Positions 47,086 to 58,078 of a stretch of 64,000 nt of DNA are shown here, in pieces; the stretch's first letter is position 1; each line of letters begins with the position of its first letter. Source of the stretch: Acinetobacter phage ZZ1. The notes below the pieces were generated by a model. That model saw only the letters and a program-made list of their open reading frames with translations. It searched no databases and was not told the origin of the DNA. Location of the stretch: the sequence record NC_018087.3; one strand, given 5' to 3'. The translations under genes were made by a program, and so were the position numbers.

Positions 47086-50000
47086 ATGGCAGAAATAAAG
47101 ACAAGTTTCCGTGCCACATACGGAATTGATGCGGGTGGCGAAAAAGTTATCAATGTCAAAAAAGCAGATAAAACTGTAATGACTGATGGCGTAAACGTTG
47201 AATACCTAATTCAAGAAAACACAACTCAAATGTATGACCCTGAACGCGGCTATCCAAAAGATTTCGCGGTTTTATTTAATGGTCGTTTATGGTATGCAAA
47301 ACAAGCTACACCAACTCCAGCTGGGCCTTTTAATGAAGGTTACTGGTCTCCTGCACGTACTGACCCTAAATGGTATCAAGTCGCGGGTAATCGTACAATG
47401 CAAGTTGGTGAATATCTAACTATTGATACTCTTTCAGTTCGTAATCTTGAATTAACATTACCATCAAATGCACAAGAAGGCGATAACATTACTATTCGTG
47501 ATGTAGGCGGTGAACCTGGTTATGCAGATATTTTAATTAAAGCCGGAACTCAATCTATTATAGATAAGGGTGAACGACTTAAAGAAATTAAAATGACAAT
47601 TCCATTTTCAGAATGGACTTTCATTTATGTTAATAAATTATGGACATTGTACAATGGTTCAGAAGCAGATTTAGCAAGAACTCTTAGACCGGCTGATACT
47701 CCATATAAAATTCAATCGGGTGAAACTATTTTACGCTCATATGATAGAGCAAGTCCGATTAAAGTTCAGTTTCCTAAAAATGCTAATAACGGAGACATGA
47801 TTCACTTTGTTGGTATGGATGCAGCAACATCAGCCCCGTATTTTCATTTAGAATTAAATTCTTTTGACGCAAATACAAGTATTATTGCACCAAATACGCC
47901 AAAAGTTGTATTACAACGTTCATTATCTGGTTATTTTATCTATAATGCAACGACTAGAATCTGGATGTTATTTGATTCTGATATGACTGATCGTCTTCGT
48001 ACAGTTAGTTCAGATACAAACCTATTTCCGAATGAAACTGTATCTGTTGTGGGTACATCAAATGCAACTGTACCTGCATTTACACTGACTTTACCTACTC
48101 AAGTGTCAGATGGTGATCAAATTACGGTGGCATTGAATTATATGCGTAAGGGTCAAACAGTTAATATTACGGCTTCGGGACGTGATATGATTTTGACCAA
48201 TAAAAATCTGACACAATTTCCAAAGCGTAAAGACTACCCAGAAGAAGGTAATTGGGTTAATACAAAATCACTTCAATATAATGGTGCTAGTGATTATCCT
48301 CCGGTAATTACGTTTGTATATATTATCATGAATCCAGATCCAGACCCAACCAAATTCCTGGCGCAATGGATGGTTGTTGATAATAATCCTATGATTGAAC
48401 GCGTTGACCCTACTAATCCAGCACGTTTGGGTGTTATAGCTTTAGCAACTCAAAATCAAGCCAATTTAGATAAAGGTCAAATTGCAGCTAACCCAATTGC
48501 AAAAGAACTCGCAATTACTCCTGAAACATTGGCAAATCGTACTGCTCTTGAAAGTAGACAAGGTATTGCGGCAATTTCAACTAAAGATCAAAACTCTTTG
48601 CCTACGGATAGTGCAGCTTATGATGATTTAACGATTGTTACACCATTAAAGTTGAATCAAAAACAAGCAACAGAAACTATGCGAGGTTTAGCCGAAATTG
48701 TAGATGATACTGAGATAAAGAGTAATACTAATGATACTCATATTATTACACCTAAGAAATTAGATGCTCGTCGCGCGACAGCTTCATTATCTGGTGTGGC
48801 AATGTTAGTAGAAACAGGTGGTGTTTCAGCAACTGCTCGTAATGCGCCAGGTACTGGTGTTTTTAACTATGCCGATAATGCACGTGTCATTACCCCTACA
48901 ACATTGCGTGAATTTAAAGCAACTGAGACCCAACAGGGTGGTGGTTTCTTAGCAATGGACTCAGAAGTTATCGCAGGTACACCTAATCCAGCTGGTATAC
49001 CATTATTGGTTACCCCTGAACAACTTCATAAAAAGACAGCAACAACAGGCCGTATTGGTTTTGTTCAAACTGCGACCGAAGCTGAAGTTTTAGCCGGAAC
49101 TGATCCATTGAAATATGTTTCGCCATTTACTTTAGCTAAACGTGTTGCTACAGATAGTGCGACTGGTCTTGCTAGATTTGCAAAACAGACTGAGTTTAAT
49201 GCAGGCACAGCTGGTTTAATTTCAGACCCTGCTGTAATTAAAACATTCTTTAGTGATGCAACTAGAACCGAGGTGGATAATACTTCAGGACTTACACAAA
49301 GTGGAAATTTATGGACTTCTACAGTGTTTAATATTGTTGCGCCAACTGATAAACAACGAGGTACAGCTAGATTATCTACTCAAGCTGAAGTGAATACTGG
49401 TACAGATTATACTACTATTGTTACACCTTTAACACTACATAATAAGAAGTCGACTACAACAGCTGAAGGTATTATTCGTGTTGCTAATACAAGTGAAACT
49501 GATGCAGGCACTTCTGTTAATACTGCAGTTTGCCCATTAAACTTAAAGCATATGATTCAAAAACAAGAATCATGGGCTGCAAGTAATACGGTGCGAGGAC
49601 CAGTATTGTTATCTGAAGGTGCAATGACTTTTGCTGGAAATGATGTAACAGGTTCAACTGCCGCGTTATTGCCTACATATAAACAAGTTGGATATGCAAT
49701 ATCGCCATATGAATTGAATAAAACTTTAATGAATTTCTTGCCAGCTAAAGCTAAAGCCGTTGATTCTGATAAGTTAGATGGATTAGATTCAACTCAATTT
49801 ATTCGTAGAGATATTGCTCAAACAGTTACAGGTTCTTTAACTTTTAATGCGGTTAGCACTTTTAATGCCAATGTTAATTTAATCGGTGCAAATACAACAT
49901 TAACTGCTGATGGCGTGGTCCAGGCCAAACAGGGTTTAACTGTAGGTCGTAGTTTTAATGTCACCGTAGTTGATAATACCGGATTAAGTTTAGGTGGTGG

Positions 50001-50997
50001 CATTCAAACCAATTCAAATAATAGACCAATGTATGGAATGTATGTAGGTCATAAAAATTGGGCGGGTTGTGGTGCACATGGCGCAGTAAATCAAGATTTT
50101 GCAATTTATAATATTTGTTCCGTTTCTGGTTCTGAAAAACGAGGCTGGGTTTTTCAACGAGGTTTAGTATCCACTGAGCAAGTTAATAATACAAATGTGG
50201 CATCAATATCGGTGTATGGCGAAGCGACGTTTGATGGCTATGTTGATGCTGGCGCGCATTATCGACTTCGTACTATTCCGGTAGTTGATATGGACGCAGG
50301 TAAAACAAATATTAGAATAGGATCTAATTCACAAGCTCTTACGTTAGTATCTAATGCGCCAACTGCAATTGAAGCATCTGATGGAGCGACATTATTAACA
50401 ACTAATAATTATACGACATTAGCTGCACCAACCTTTGTTAAAAAAGCTGGTGATACAATGACTGGTGATTTGTTAATTCAAGCTGCCTCAATTAAAGTTG
50501 TTAGACCCGAAAGTGCTGCAATGGCAACAGCTGCACCAATTGCAGGTAGTTGGAGTTCAAATATTGAAAATCCTGCAATTTATAGTTTGTTTAAGGCTGG
50601 GTATAAAGTTCCAATTATGGATCCATTAAAACCAACAATTATCTCAGGATATGAAGAATTTGATGGACCTGGTATTTTATCTCAAGTTGGTACGGATAAA
50701 ACACAAGGTACATATCAAATTTGGGTCCCTAGACCTACTGCAGCCAATGCAACAAAACCAAATCATGCTGCTAATACAATTTGGACACGTGTTTGGAATC
50801 CTGTTAAAAATGCATGGGAAAGCTGGTCGTATATGTTCACATCAAGTGTAAAACCAACTGCAAGTGATATAGGGGCAATTCCTAATAACGGTTCGGCTTT
50901 AAATAACTTAACTATTCGCGACTGGATTCAAGTTGGTAATTTGCGCATTTATGCTGATCCATTAACTAAAAATGTCCGCTTTGATTGGATTGAATAA
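47086..50997 (+). CDS. 34: Long tail fibre proximal subunit gp34.
   Basis: 1303 aa, against 1289 aa in T4. It shares the N-terminus (MAEIK..FRA..G.DAGG.K.INV, YLIQENT) and C-terminus (GNLTIRD...GN.RI..DP..K.V.F.W.E) with T4 gp34. Confidence 0.93.
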   Translation: MAEIKTSFRATYGIDAGGEKVINVKKADKTVMTDGVNVEYLIQENTTQMYDPERGYPKDFAVLFNGRLWYAKQATPTPAGPFNEGYWSPARTDPKWYQVAGNRTMQVGEYLTIDTLSVRNLELTLPSNAQEGDNITIRDVGGEPGYADILIKAGTQSIIDKGERLKEIKMTIPFSEWTFIYVNKLWTLYNGSEADLARTLRPADTPYKIQSGETILRSYDRASPIKVQFPKNANNGDMIHFVGMDAATSAPYFHLELNSFDANTSIIAPNTPKVVLQRSLSGYFIYNATTRIWMLFDSDMTDRLRTVSSDTNLFPNETVSVVGTSNATVPAFTLTLPTQVSDGDQITVALNYMRKGQTVNITASGRDMILTNKNLTQFPKRKDYPEEGNWVNTKSLQYNGASDYPPVITFVYIIMNPDPDPTKFLAQWMVVDNNPMIERVDPTNPARLGVIALATQNQANLDKGQIAANPIAKELAITPETLANRTALESRQGIAAISTKDQNSLPTDSAAYDDLTIVTPLKLNQKQATETMRGLAEIVDDTEIKSNTNDTHIITPKKLDARRATASLSGVAMLVETGGVSATARNAPGTGVFNYADNARVITPTTLREFKATETQQGGGFLAMDSEVIAGTPNPAGIPLLVTPEQLHKKTATTGRIGFVQTATEAEVLAGTDPLKYVSPFTLAKRVATDSATGLARFAKQTEFNAGTAGLISDPAVIKTFFSDATRTEVDNTSGLTQSGNLWTSTVFNIVAPTDKQRGTARLSTQAEVNTGTDYTTIVTPLTLHNKKSTTTAEGIIRVANTSETDAGTSVNTAVCPLNLKHMIQKQESWAASNTVRGPVLLSEGAMTFAGNDVTGSTAALLPTYKQVGYAISPYELNKTLMNFLPAKAKAVDSDKLDGLDSTQFIRRDIAQTVTGSLTFNAVSTFNANVNLIGANTTLTADGVVQAKQGLTVGRSFNVTVVDNTGLSLGGGIQTNSNNRPMYGMYVGHKNWAGCGAHGAVNQDFAIYNICSVSGSEKRGWVFQRGLVSTEQVNNTNVASISVYGEATFDGYVDAGAHYRLRTIPVVDMDAGKTNIRIGSNSQALTLVSNAPTAIEASDGATLLTTNNYTTLAAPTFVKKAGDTMTGDLLIQAASIKVVRPESAAMATAAPIAGSWSSNIENPAIYSLFKAGYKVPIMDPLKPTIISGYEEFDGPGILSQVGTDKTQGTYQIWVPRPTAANATKPNHAANTIWTRVWNPVKNAWESWSYMFTSSVKPTASDIGAIPNNGSALNNLTIRDWIQVGNLRIYADPLTKNVRFDWIE

Positions 50998-51007
50998 GGA
51001 GATTTAA

Positions 51008-53044
51008 ATGGCTAAAGAGACATTCATTGCCTCATTTGCAAAAGATGTAATTGAGGCGAGTGTCTTTTCAGAAGCTGATGCTGTAGTATATCAGTTTAAA
51101 ATTGGAGGGGCTACGAATTATTCGACCGCTCCTTATCTGAAAAGAAATGATGAAGATTTAACCGGGACGACTTTAAAAGGTTTAAATCTTAGAGGATTTA
51201 AAACAGCCAATGGTATTCCAGAAATTAAATCTTTTGAATTAACGCCAACAGATTCAACAATGAATACTGGATTTACTTCATATATGAATAGTTCAGGTAA
51301 TCCGTATGTTATTATTATGAGTGGACCTGGGCTTAAATCATCGCCTTCTGTTGATACTTGGTTTAAGTCTGTCGGTTCAGTAAATTGGCCAGGCACATTT
51401 TTAGCAAATAATTATTCATGCGGTTATGTTGGAATTTATAATTCGGCTCGTAAAAAGATTGTGTCTGAAGTTTTATTGTCGACCGATGGTACTGATAAAA
51501 ATTTAGCAGAACTATCAGTAGTTTTTGATGAACTTAATGATATTGGTGCAGTTGGAATGCCCTCTAGAATTGTGTATGATACTGAAGAATATGCAACAAT
51601 GAACGGGTATGAATATAAACGGTTTCCAACAAATAATGCTATTAATAAAATGTCAGATTATGGTTTATTACCAGGGGCTGTTGTAGAATTATCTGCAGAT
51701 TTATACGCTGATGCTGTTATGACATCTTCTAATATGAAAACCCGTGTAAATTTACGTTGGTATAATGCATCAAATGCTTTAGTAGATTCATCTACAATAT
51801 TAGAATCTAACGGCACTGGCTGGACTTCAATTGGTAAGTATTCTACTGCACCAGCTGCAGCAACTGGGTTTACAGTTGTGGTTTCAAGATTTCCTCGTAA
51901 TGATGCTGTAACTGGTAAATCATCTATTAAAAATATTGTTTTGACTGAGACTTCTCGAGATGGTAGTAAGAAGAATGGTAATGCAATTATCGGTATTCAC
52001 GGTATTAAAGCGGGTCGTTTTGTTGAACAGCAAACAGCAAATCATTTAATGGATTTAGGTATTTTTACAACAAGCGAAACCAATACTGTTCCAATTGTTG
52101 GTATTCGAGAAAATAATGGTACCTTTGTTTCAGAAGAAATTGATTTTACTATTGATCAAAAATTACCAACATTTTTATTATTCAAACGAAATTCATCAGG
52201 TTCATACCATAGTGATGGTCTATCAATGAATATGTATGAGGTTGGACCAAATATCCCTAGATTTGATACCGGATATGATACAACTACTCGTAAGGCTTAT
52301 AATAGGGGATTGTTGGTTGAAAAACGTGCTACTAATTTGTTAGTTAATAGTAATTTTGATGTACTTGACCCTGTTCCATGGGGTAGCACTAAACCATTTA
52401 CAACTACACGCAATGCAAATGGCACTATTAAAGTTGCAGTAAATACATCAAGTAGATTAGACTTTCAAAATCACCCTACATTGCGTAAATTAAATCTTGC
52501 TGCAAATATTGATTATACCACATCTCATTATTTGAATGGTAACTATCCAAATAGTTATATGTATTGGTTAAATCCGAATGGTGCAGGTGCTCTTTATTTG
52601 GGCACAATTGGTGATATAACGCCACTAGCTACAACTAATGCATTAATATCTCGTACTTTTACTACTAGACGATTAACAACGCCTTTAGCTAATGGTGATT
52701 TAATGCGAGGGTATAATGCCAATGAGGTAACCGATGGTTGGTATAATGTTGGTTATTCACAAGTCGAAGCAGGTTCATACCCTACTTCATGGATTCGTAC
52801 TCTTGAATCGCCCGCAACAAGAGAGCCTGATATTTTAATATTAAATGTTGATAATTATACAGGGTCTGTTTTATTAGAATATGAGCGCCAAGACAATAAC
52901 AAAATAGAGAAAAAATGGGTTGATTTAACAAATGCCAAACAACCTGACCTATCTGCTTATTTGGATGTTGGTGTATGGATGCGTTCTGTTAAAATGTGTA
53001 AATACATATTATCAGATGCTCAAAAACAAGTGTTTACGGGATAA
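51008..53044 (+). CDS. 35: Long tail fibre hinge/connector, a gp35-like protein assigned by position.
   Basis: 678-aa ORF between genes 34 and 36. T4 gp35 is shorter at 372 aa, and I could not confirm sequence similarity. Confidence 0.45.
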   Translation: MAKETFIASFAKDVIEASVFSEADAVVYQFKIGGATNYSTAPYLKRNDEDLTGTTLKGLNLRGFKTANGIPEIKSFELTPTDSTMNTGFTSYMNSSGNPYVIIMSGPGLKSSPSVDTWFKSVGSVNWPGTFLANNYSCGYVGIYNSARKKIVSEVLLSTDGTDKNLAELSVVFDELNDIGAVGMPSRIVYDTEEYATMNGYEYKRFPTNNAINKMSDYGLLPGAVVELSADLYADAVMTSSNMKTRVNLRWYNASNALVDSSTILESNGTGWTSIGKYSTAPAAATGFTVVVSRFPRNDAVTGKSSIKNIVLTETSRDGSKKNGNAIIGIHGIKAGRFVEQQTANHLMDLGIFTTSETNTVPIVGIRENNGTFVSEEIDFTIDQKLPTFLLFKRNSSGSYHSDGLSMNMYEVGPNIPRFDTGYDTTTRKAYNRGLLVEKRATNLLVNSNFDVLDPVPWGSTKPFTTTRNANGTIKVAVNTSSRLDFQNHPTLRKLNLAANIDYTTSHYLNGNYPNSYMYWLNPNGAGALYLGTIGDITPLATTNALISRTFTTRRLTTPLANGDLMRGYNANEVTDGWYNVGYSQVEAGSYPTSWIRTLESPATREPDILILNVDNYTGSVLLEYERQDNNKIEKKWVDLTNAKQPDLSAYLDVGVWMRSVKMCKYILSDAQKQVFTG

Positions 53045-53045
53045 A

Positions 53046-53072
53046 GAAAGGGCTTCGGCCCTTTTCTCTTTT
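53046..53072 (+). terminator. Terminator hairpin (AAAGGGC-ttcg-GCCCTTT) after the gp35-like gene.
   Basis: A T-rich tract follows. Confidence 0.6.
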
Positions 53073-53080
53073 TATAAATA
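53073..53080 (+). promoter_or_regulatory. Late-promoter core TATAAATA upstream of gene 36.
   Basis: Exact octamer 23 nt upstream of the gp36 ATG. Confidence 0.5.
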
Positions 53081-53102
53081 TCTTTAAAGAGGATAAATTG
53101 AT

Positions 53103-53816
53103 ATGGCAGATTTAAAAGCCGGTACAACGATTGGCGGGACACTCGTTTGGACTCAAGGTAACTTCCCGTTGTTCCCTACAGGCGACACACTTTTATACAA
53201 AACATACAAAGTCTATTCAGAAAAAGATAAACCCCAAGCTATTGACAATGATTTTGTGTCAAAGGCTGAAGGAGGTACTTATAACTCGACAGTCGTTTTT
53301 AATAAAAATATTGTTTTACGAGCTGCCGGCGGCACATCAGGCAATTTGACATCTATTAATCTTTATGGAGGCCTTGGCGATGGTGCTATGCCAACATATG
53401 GCTTTTATGTCGGAAGTACGGTTGATGAGTCAAACGGAAACCACGGCTCTGTATTTGGTAACTGGGCGGTCTATAACGTTGCAGCAAATGGCGGCTGGAT
53501 TTTCAGAACACAGACAAAGAATGTTGCATCTATTAATACTGAAGGAACCGGCACATTCAACGCAGTTAACATTGACTTAAATCCTACTATAGCGTCACAT
53601 GCTACACGCAAAGACTACGTTGACAATTTAATAAATACCGTTACAAATAACGCAAATAGTAAAGTTTCTAAGACAAATCCTAATGGTGATACAATGGTAG
53701 GCCCATTAACTGCTCCAAACTTTATTTCAACAAAGGTTGCTACTGCGTCAAACCAAGTTCCTCAATTAGGACAAGTTGTTCAACGGGGCGTAATTCTAGA
53801 TTATGGAACATTTTAA
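53103..53816 (+). CDS. 36: Long tail fibre distal connector gp36.
   Basis: 237 aa, against 221 aa in T4. Clear identity (MADLK.G.T.GG...W.QGNFPL.P.GD..LYK..K.YSE..KPQA.DNDFVSKA.GGTY, TRKDYVD..INTVT.NANS.V...GDTM.G.LTAPNF.S). Confidence 0.9.
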   Translation: MADLKAGTTIGGTLVWTQGNFPLFPTGDTLLYKTYKVYSEKDKPQAIDNDFVSKAEGGTYNSTVVFNKNIVLRAAGGTSGNLTSINLYGGLGDGAMPTYGFYVGSTVDESNGNHGSVFGNWAVYNVAANGGWIFRTQTKNVASINTEGTGTFNAVNIDLNPTIASHATRKDYVDNLINTVTNNANSKVSKTNPNGDTMVGPLTAPNFISTKVATASNQVPQLGQVVQRGVILDYGTF

Positions 53817-53828
53817 GGAAATTATCAG

Positions 53829-56800
53829 ATGGCATTAGATCCAAATATTAACAGAATTAAATTTATGAGATCGAGCACTGCCGGTGCAGTGCCTGCACCG
53901 TCTCTATTAGATGAAGGCGAAATAGCGGTAAACTTAGTTGATCGTACAATATTTTCAAAGAACGGTGCAAATGTAGTAGAACTCGGTTTTGGAAAGGGTG
54001 GTACTGTAACAGGCCCAATCAATGTTACAGGCGGCAATGCAGTATCAGCTTCACAATTCAATGGTGCCTTAAATGGCAACGCTGCAACTGCATCAAGACT
54101 TCTTACAGGAAGAAAAATTAATAATGTAGTTTTTGATGGTACTAAAGATATTACTATCGAAGATTCTACTAAATTATACAAAACCAATGTGCTGACCGCT
54201 GCTGGTGATTCTCGTGTTATTCGTGATGCAGCAACAATTCGTGCATCAGGTACTGCTAAAGGAGCAGTAGTAATTCATTTGCCGAAAAAGGCAAATTCAG
54301 ATAACACAATGATGAAATTGTGCATTCAAGGATTTGATTATGTTGCTGGGCGAGCTACTCAAAGTAACTGGTCTGTAGATATTAGTGGATATAATTACAC
54401 TGGTGCAGCTTGGCACTCATACCAAGCAATTTCAACAGGCGGCCCAGCGCCATTCGATACTGTTCGTTGGGGGCAAGCCGACAATCACCAAGTTATTATT
54501 TTAGGCGAAGCCGGTGCATCACCTTCTTCATGGTCATATTACAATATTAGTATTGAGAAAATTTATTTAACTGCTAATAGTGCAGCATCATATGATGATC
54601 CTGCTGACCCGATTTATATGGCAATTGAAGCCGATATATCTAACTATACAATAAATGCCACTATGCCACTTGAAGGTGTAGCAATGGCTAAACGTTTAGA
54701 AATAGGCCGTACATTTACTTTCACTGGTGACGCTAGAGGTTCATTGTCATTTGACGGTACTGCAAACGTTGCAACAGCGTTGACAATTAATTCTGCAACT
54801 ACAGGCCAAGCAGGTTTAGTTAAATTAAACAATACATTAACTTCTACATCTGTCACAGAAGCGTTAACTGCTGCTCAAGGCAAAGCCCTTCAAGACACCA
54901 AAGTCAATAGAAGTGGAGATACCATTTCAGGACGTTTAGTCGTTACTCAAGGTATTACTACTCCTAGCATTAGTAATGACGTCACCGTACCGATTAGCTT
55001 TTTAGGGCCTAGTGTTAATAATTCAAATGCTGGCGGAATACGAGTAAGAAATCTAGAAGTAAATGGCGCTTATGGGGAAGCGACACGACCATTCGGTATT
55101 TTTTCTAAAGATGGTATTGTTACTGGTGATTCAATGTCATACTCTACATTGGCTGCTCTAGGTACTGGCGATAATATCCCATTTAAAGTAAAAGATACTA
55201 ATGTTGGAACAACATATGGATTCGTGCCTTTCCTTGGTGGTAGTGTACAATCATCTTCAGGATACAGAACAGTTACATCTATCGGCGTGTATCGCCCAGG
55301 ACCAAACTGGGCGGGCTCTGGGATGTATATGGCACTCGGTGGAACTGATAGCGCATCAACTGAAGCGTTTTTATTCAAATTGGGACGAACAATTTCTAGT
55401 ACAACGGGTCCGGTTTATCTTGATGGTATTGCTGACTTTTCGAGAAATATTGATGCATCTTCTAGCATGTTTGCAAGTGATGGTACTAGCGGATGGAGAA
55501 AATTAGGTACTGCAACAATTCCGCAGTCTGGTCGAAATGTCACTATTCAACTTTTTGGTGGAATAGGGTTTAATGCAGGAGCTCCATCACAAGCACATCC
55601 TACGACTATTGTTCTGAAATCAGGCAATGGTAACCCAGCATCAATTAACATGGTTGTCAATGTTAATCAAAAGGCTAATATTTTATCTAATGGTGGTTGG
55701 ACTCCTGGCATCGGCCCTAGCGCATGTTTTGTTAAATCTACCGATCCTGCTACACCTAATGATTATGACATTTACATTCACACTGGGGGTTATTTGTATG
55801 CATCTGTTGTAGTTATAACAGGTTACCAAACATCTTGGGTGAAGGATTTTCAATATACCGCAGTAGGAGCTAAACCAGATGGTGCAGTCGACGCATATGT
55901 GTACAACACATTAGATTCACTCGACCCTGAAGTGTTTGGCGCAATCACATTTAAAAATTCTGTAGCGACACCTGCAAAAAATACAGAATACACAAAACTG
56001 AGCATGATACCTCCTACTCACACTGGCGGCACATGGCTTCATCGGTTGAATGACACGGTTTCTACTGCAGAATACATCATCAAATATGGGCCGACTCCAG
56101 TTCTACGTATGGATTCAAGTGGTACAGTTTATACAGCTACTTTACGAAATAGCGGTGCTACACATTTAGGAAATCAAATGGAATTGGGTAATGTCGGTAC
56201 AGCTAGCCCAGTTTATATTGATTTTCATTCTGGCGCAAGCGATATCGATTATGACGCCCGTATTATTTCCACTGGCGGAACTACCGCTATAGGAAATGGA
56301 GCGTTGTCATATATTGCAGCTTCTCATACATTTAATGGCTCAATAGGCGCAGGAATTATTTCTGCTTCTAGTGTTAGTGTATCTACTGGATTAGGTATTG
56401 CTAATAGTTCAAATACAGTTTTAGCGGGTTTAAGTTTATACGGTGGCGCTCAATCCGGTAAACCAACTTACGGCATTACTTTCACTGGTACTAGTAATGC
56501 GGGAACTGGTAGACATGGCGATTTGACTAATGCTACATGGGCAGTGTATTTAACTTGTGCCACTGCAGGTGCTGAAAAGCGCGGTTGGATTTTCCAACGA
56601 AGTGATAATAACACAAATGTTGCATCTATCTCGACTAACGGTGTATTGTCTACTAATGGGAGCATCCAAACATTAAGTGACAACACAATGATCAACGTCG
56701 GCAACAACAGCGATCTTGCATTAGTTAAAAAGGTCGGTGGAGCGGGATTTATTGGAGTCGGTTCTAACGCAGGATTCGCAGTTAAATGCTCTAACGCGTC

Positions 56801-57566
56801 ATCTGTAGATCCTTCTAATACATTTACAAATTTGTTTACAGTAAGTTCGGCAGGTGTTGCTAATGCAGTTGGAGGATTCACTGGTACGTTCAGTGGTACA
56901 TTCAACGGTACTATTAGCGGAACACTTACAGGTTCGCTTAATGGCAATGCATCTACTGCAACCACATTACAAACTGCTCGCGCAATTGGTATTACAGGTT
57001 CAGGTGCATCAGGTTCAGTGCAATTTGATGGATCAGACAACGCTATCATCCCATTAACTGTTGCGACACAAGCCACTGCAACTAACAACACAACAATTGC
57101 CACTACAGCATTTGTTCAAAATGTTAATGTTGCTGAAACTGGCGCATCTGCATACGCAGTACGTTTAAAAACACCGCGATCTTTCCAAATTACTGGTGGC
57201 ATCACAACAGATGCAGTATCATTTGACGGACAACAAAACGTTACATTGACCGCATCTAATGTCGATGGTTCTAAAGTTACAGGCAAAGTTCCTGCAGCTG
57301 CACAAGCGGATAATGCAACAAATGCTACTAAGGCAAACACATTAGATATTGCAGGGCAAAAGGAGGCCAAATTAGTTGCAACTTGGACTGGTGGAGTTTA
57401 TGTTGGATATTCAAAGCCAGCAAAATATTATTCACCTACTCAAATTCAGATTGAACTTGGCACGGGTACAGTAGTACAAGATCGAATTTCCCAAATTAAA
57501 GTAGGATCTTTATTACATGGTGTGTTTGCTGGTTCTACTGGATGGGCTAATGGATTGTCTACCTGA
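53829..57566 (+). CDS. 37: Long tail fibre distal subunit gp37, ending in tandem TGA-TAA stops.
   Basis: 1245 aa. The N-terminus matches T4 gp37 (I.F.RS...G..PA.S.L.EGE.A.NL.DRTIF.K, LGF.KGG.V.G...) and the protein has long G/T/S-rich beta-repeat regions. Confidence 0.9.
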   Translation: MALDPNINRIKFMRSSTAGAVPAPSLLDEGEIAVNLVDRTIFSKNGANVVELGFGKGGTVTGPINVTGGNAVSASQFNGALNGNAATASRLLTGRKINNVVFDGTKDITIEDSTKLYKTNVLTAAGDSRVIRDAATIRASGTAKGAVVIHLPKKANSDNTMMKLCIQGFDYVAGRATQSNWSVDISGYNYTGAAWHSYQAISTGGPAPFDTVRWGQADNHQVIILGEAGASPSSWSYYNISIEKIYLTANSAASYDDPADPIYMAIEADISNYTINATMPLEGVAMAKRLEIGRTFTFTGDARGSLSFDGTANVATALTINSATTGQAGLVKLNNTLTSTSVTEALTAAQGKALQDTKVNRSGDTISGRLVVTQGITTPSISNDVTVPISFLGPSVNNSNAGGIRVRNLEVNGAYGEATRPFGIFSKDGIVTGDSMSYSTLAALGTGDNIPFKVKDTNVGTTYGFVPFLGGSVQSSSGYRTVTSIGVYRPGPNWAGSGMYMALGGTDSASTEAFLFKLGRTISSTTGPVYLDGIADFSRNIDASSSMFASDGTSGWRKLGTATIPQSGRNVTIQLFGGIGFNAGAPSQAHPTTIVLKSGNGNPASINMVVNVNQKANILSNGGWTPGIGPSACFVKSTDPATPNDYDIYIHTGGYLYASVVVITGYQTSWVKDFQYTAVGAKPDGAVDAYVYNTLDSLDPEVFGAITFKNSVATPAKNTEYTKLSMIPPTHTGGTWLHRLNDTVSTAEYIIKYGPTPVLRMDSSGTVYTATLRNSGATHLGNQMELGNVGTASPVYIDFHSGASDIDYDARIISTGGTTAIGNGALSYIAASHTFNGSIGAGIISASSVSVSTGLGIANSSNTVLAGLSLYGGAQSGKPTYGITFTGTSNAGTGRHGDLTNATWAVYLTCATAGAEKRGWIFQRSDNNTNVASISTNGVLSTNGSIQTLSDNTMINVGNNSDLALVKKVGGAGFIGVGSNAGFAVKCSNASSVDPSNTFTNLFTVSSAGVANAVGGFTGTFSGTFNGTISGTLTGSLNGNASTATTLQTARAIGITGSGASGSVQFDGSDNAIIPLTVATQATATNNTTIATTAFVQNVNVAETGASAYAVRLKTPRSFQITGGITTDAVSFDGQQNVTLTASNVDGSKVTGKVPAAAQADNATNATKANTLDIAGQKEAKLVATWTGGVYVGYSKPAKYYSPTQIQIELGTGTVVQDRISQIKVGSLLHGVFAGSTGWANGLST

Positions 57567-57569
57567 TAA

Positions 57570-58001
57570 GTAGCACAAGTAACAACTAATCCAGTATCCG
57601 GTGTTATTGATGCTATTGTTGAAATTCCTCATTCTATTGACCCAGGTAATTTTACTTCGTTTAATGTTTTAGCTGTGACATATAACTCATCTAATTGTAG
57701 TTTTATTGGTAATATTGCAGCATACGCCAAACTAGACCTAGGTGCAGATTCAGTTTGGTCTTGGTTATTACGTACATCTACTAATATAAACAATCCTTCT
57801 GTGTCAATAAGTACCTCTGGTGATATTGCAAATAGAGATGCTCGCCTTGATTTAGGTTGGTTCTTATCAGGTAGAAATCCAACAGTTGGTTCTGCAACTA
57901 TGATTAACTCAAACACATGCAATTTTATTGTGTCTGATAATAATAATGATGGCGCATCAAATTGTGGTTATATATCAGTTCAAATTTGGGATGTTGTATA
58001 A
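57570..58001 (+). other. 144-codon open frame in the same frame as gp37, starting directly after its TGA-TAA stops. The only canonical start is a GTG at 57675 with no RBS. It may be a cryptic distal tip or adhesin segment, or a remnant.
   Basis: Frame 0 is open from 57570 to 58001. The translation is S/T/N/G-rich with Cys residues, like a fibre-tip domain. The next terminator lies after it at 58014-58041. Confidence 0.3.
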
Positions 58002-58013
58002 TTCAAAACACCG

Positions 58014-58041
58014 AAAACAGGAGCCATAAGGCTCCTGTTTT
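58014..58041 (+). terminator. Terminator (AACAGGAGCC-ataa-GGCTCCTGTT) closing the tail-fibre operon.
   Basis: 10-bp stem followed by TTTTCAT. Confidence 0.65.
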
Positions 58042-58043
58042 CA

Positions 58044-58051
58044 TATAAATA
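58044..58051 (+). promoter_or_regulatory. Late-promoter core TATAAATA upstream of holin t.
   Basis: Exact octamer 28 nt upstream of the t ATG. Confidence 0.5.
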
Positions 58052-58078
58052 TCTCTATTAAATCATAAATGACTAACT

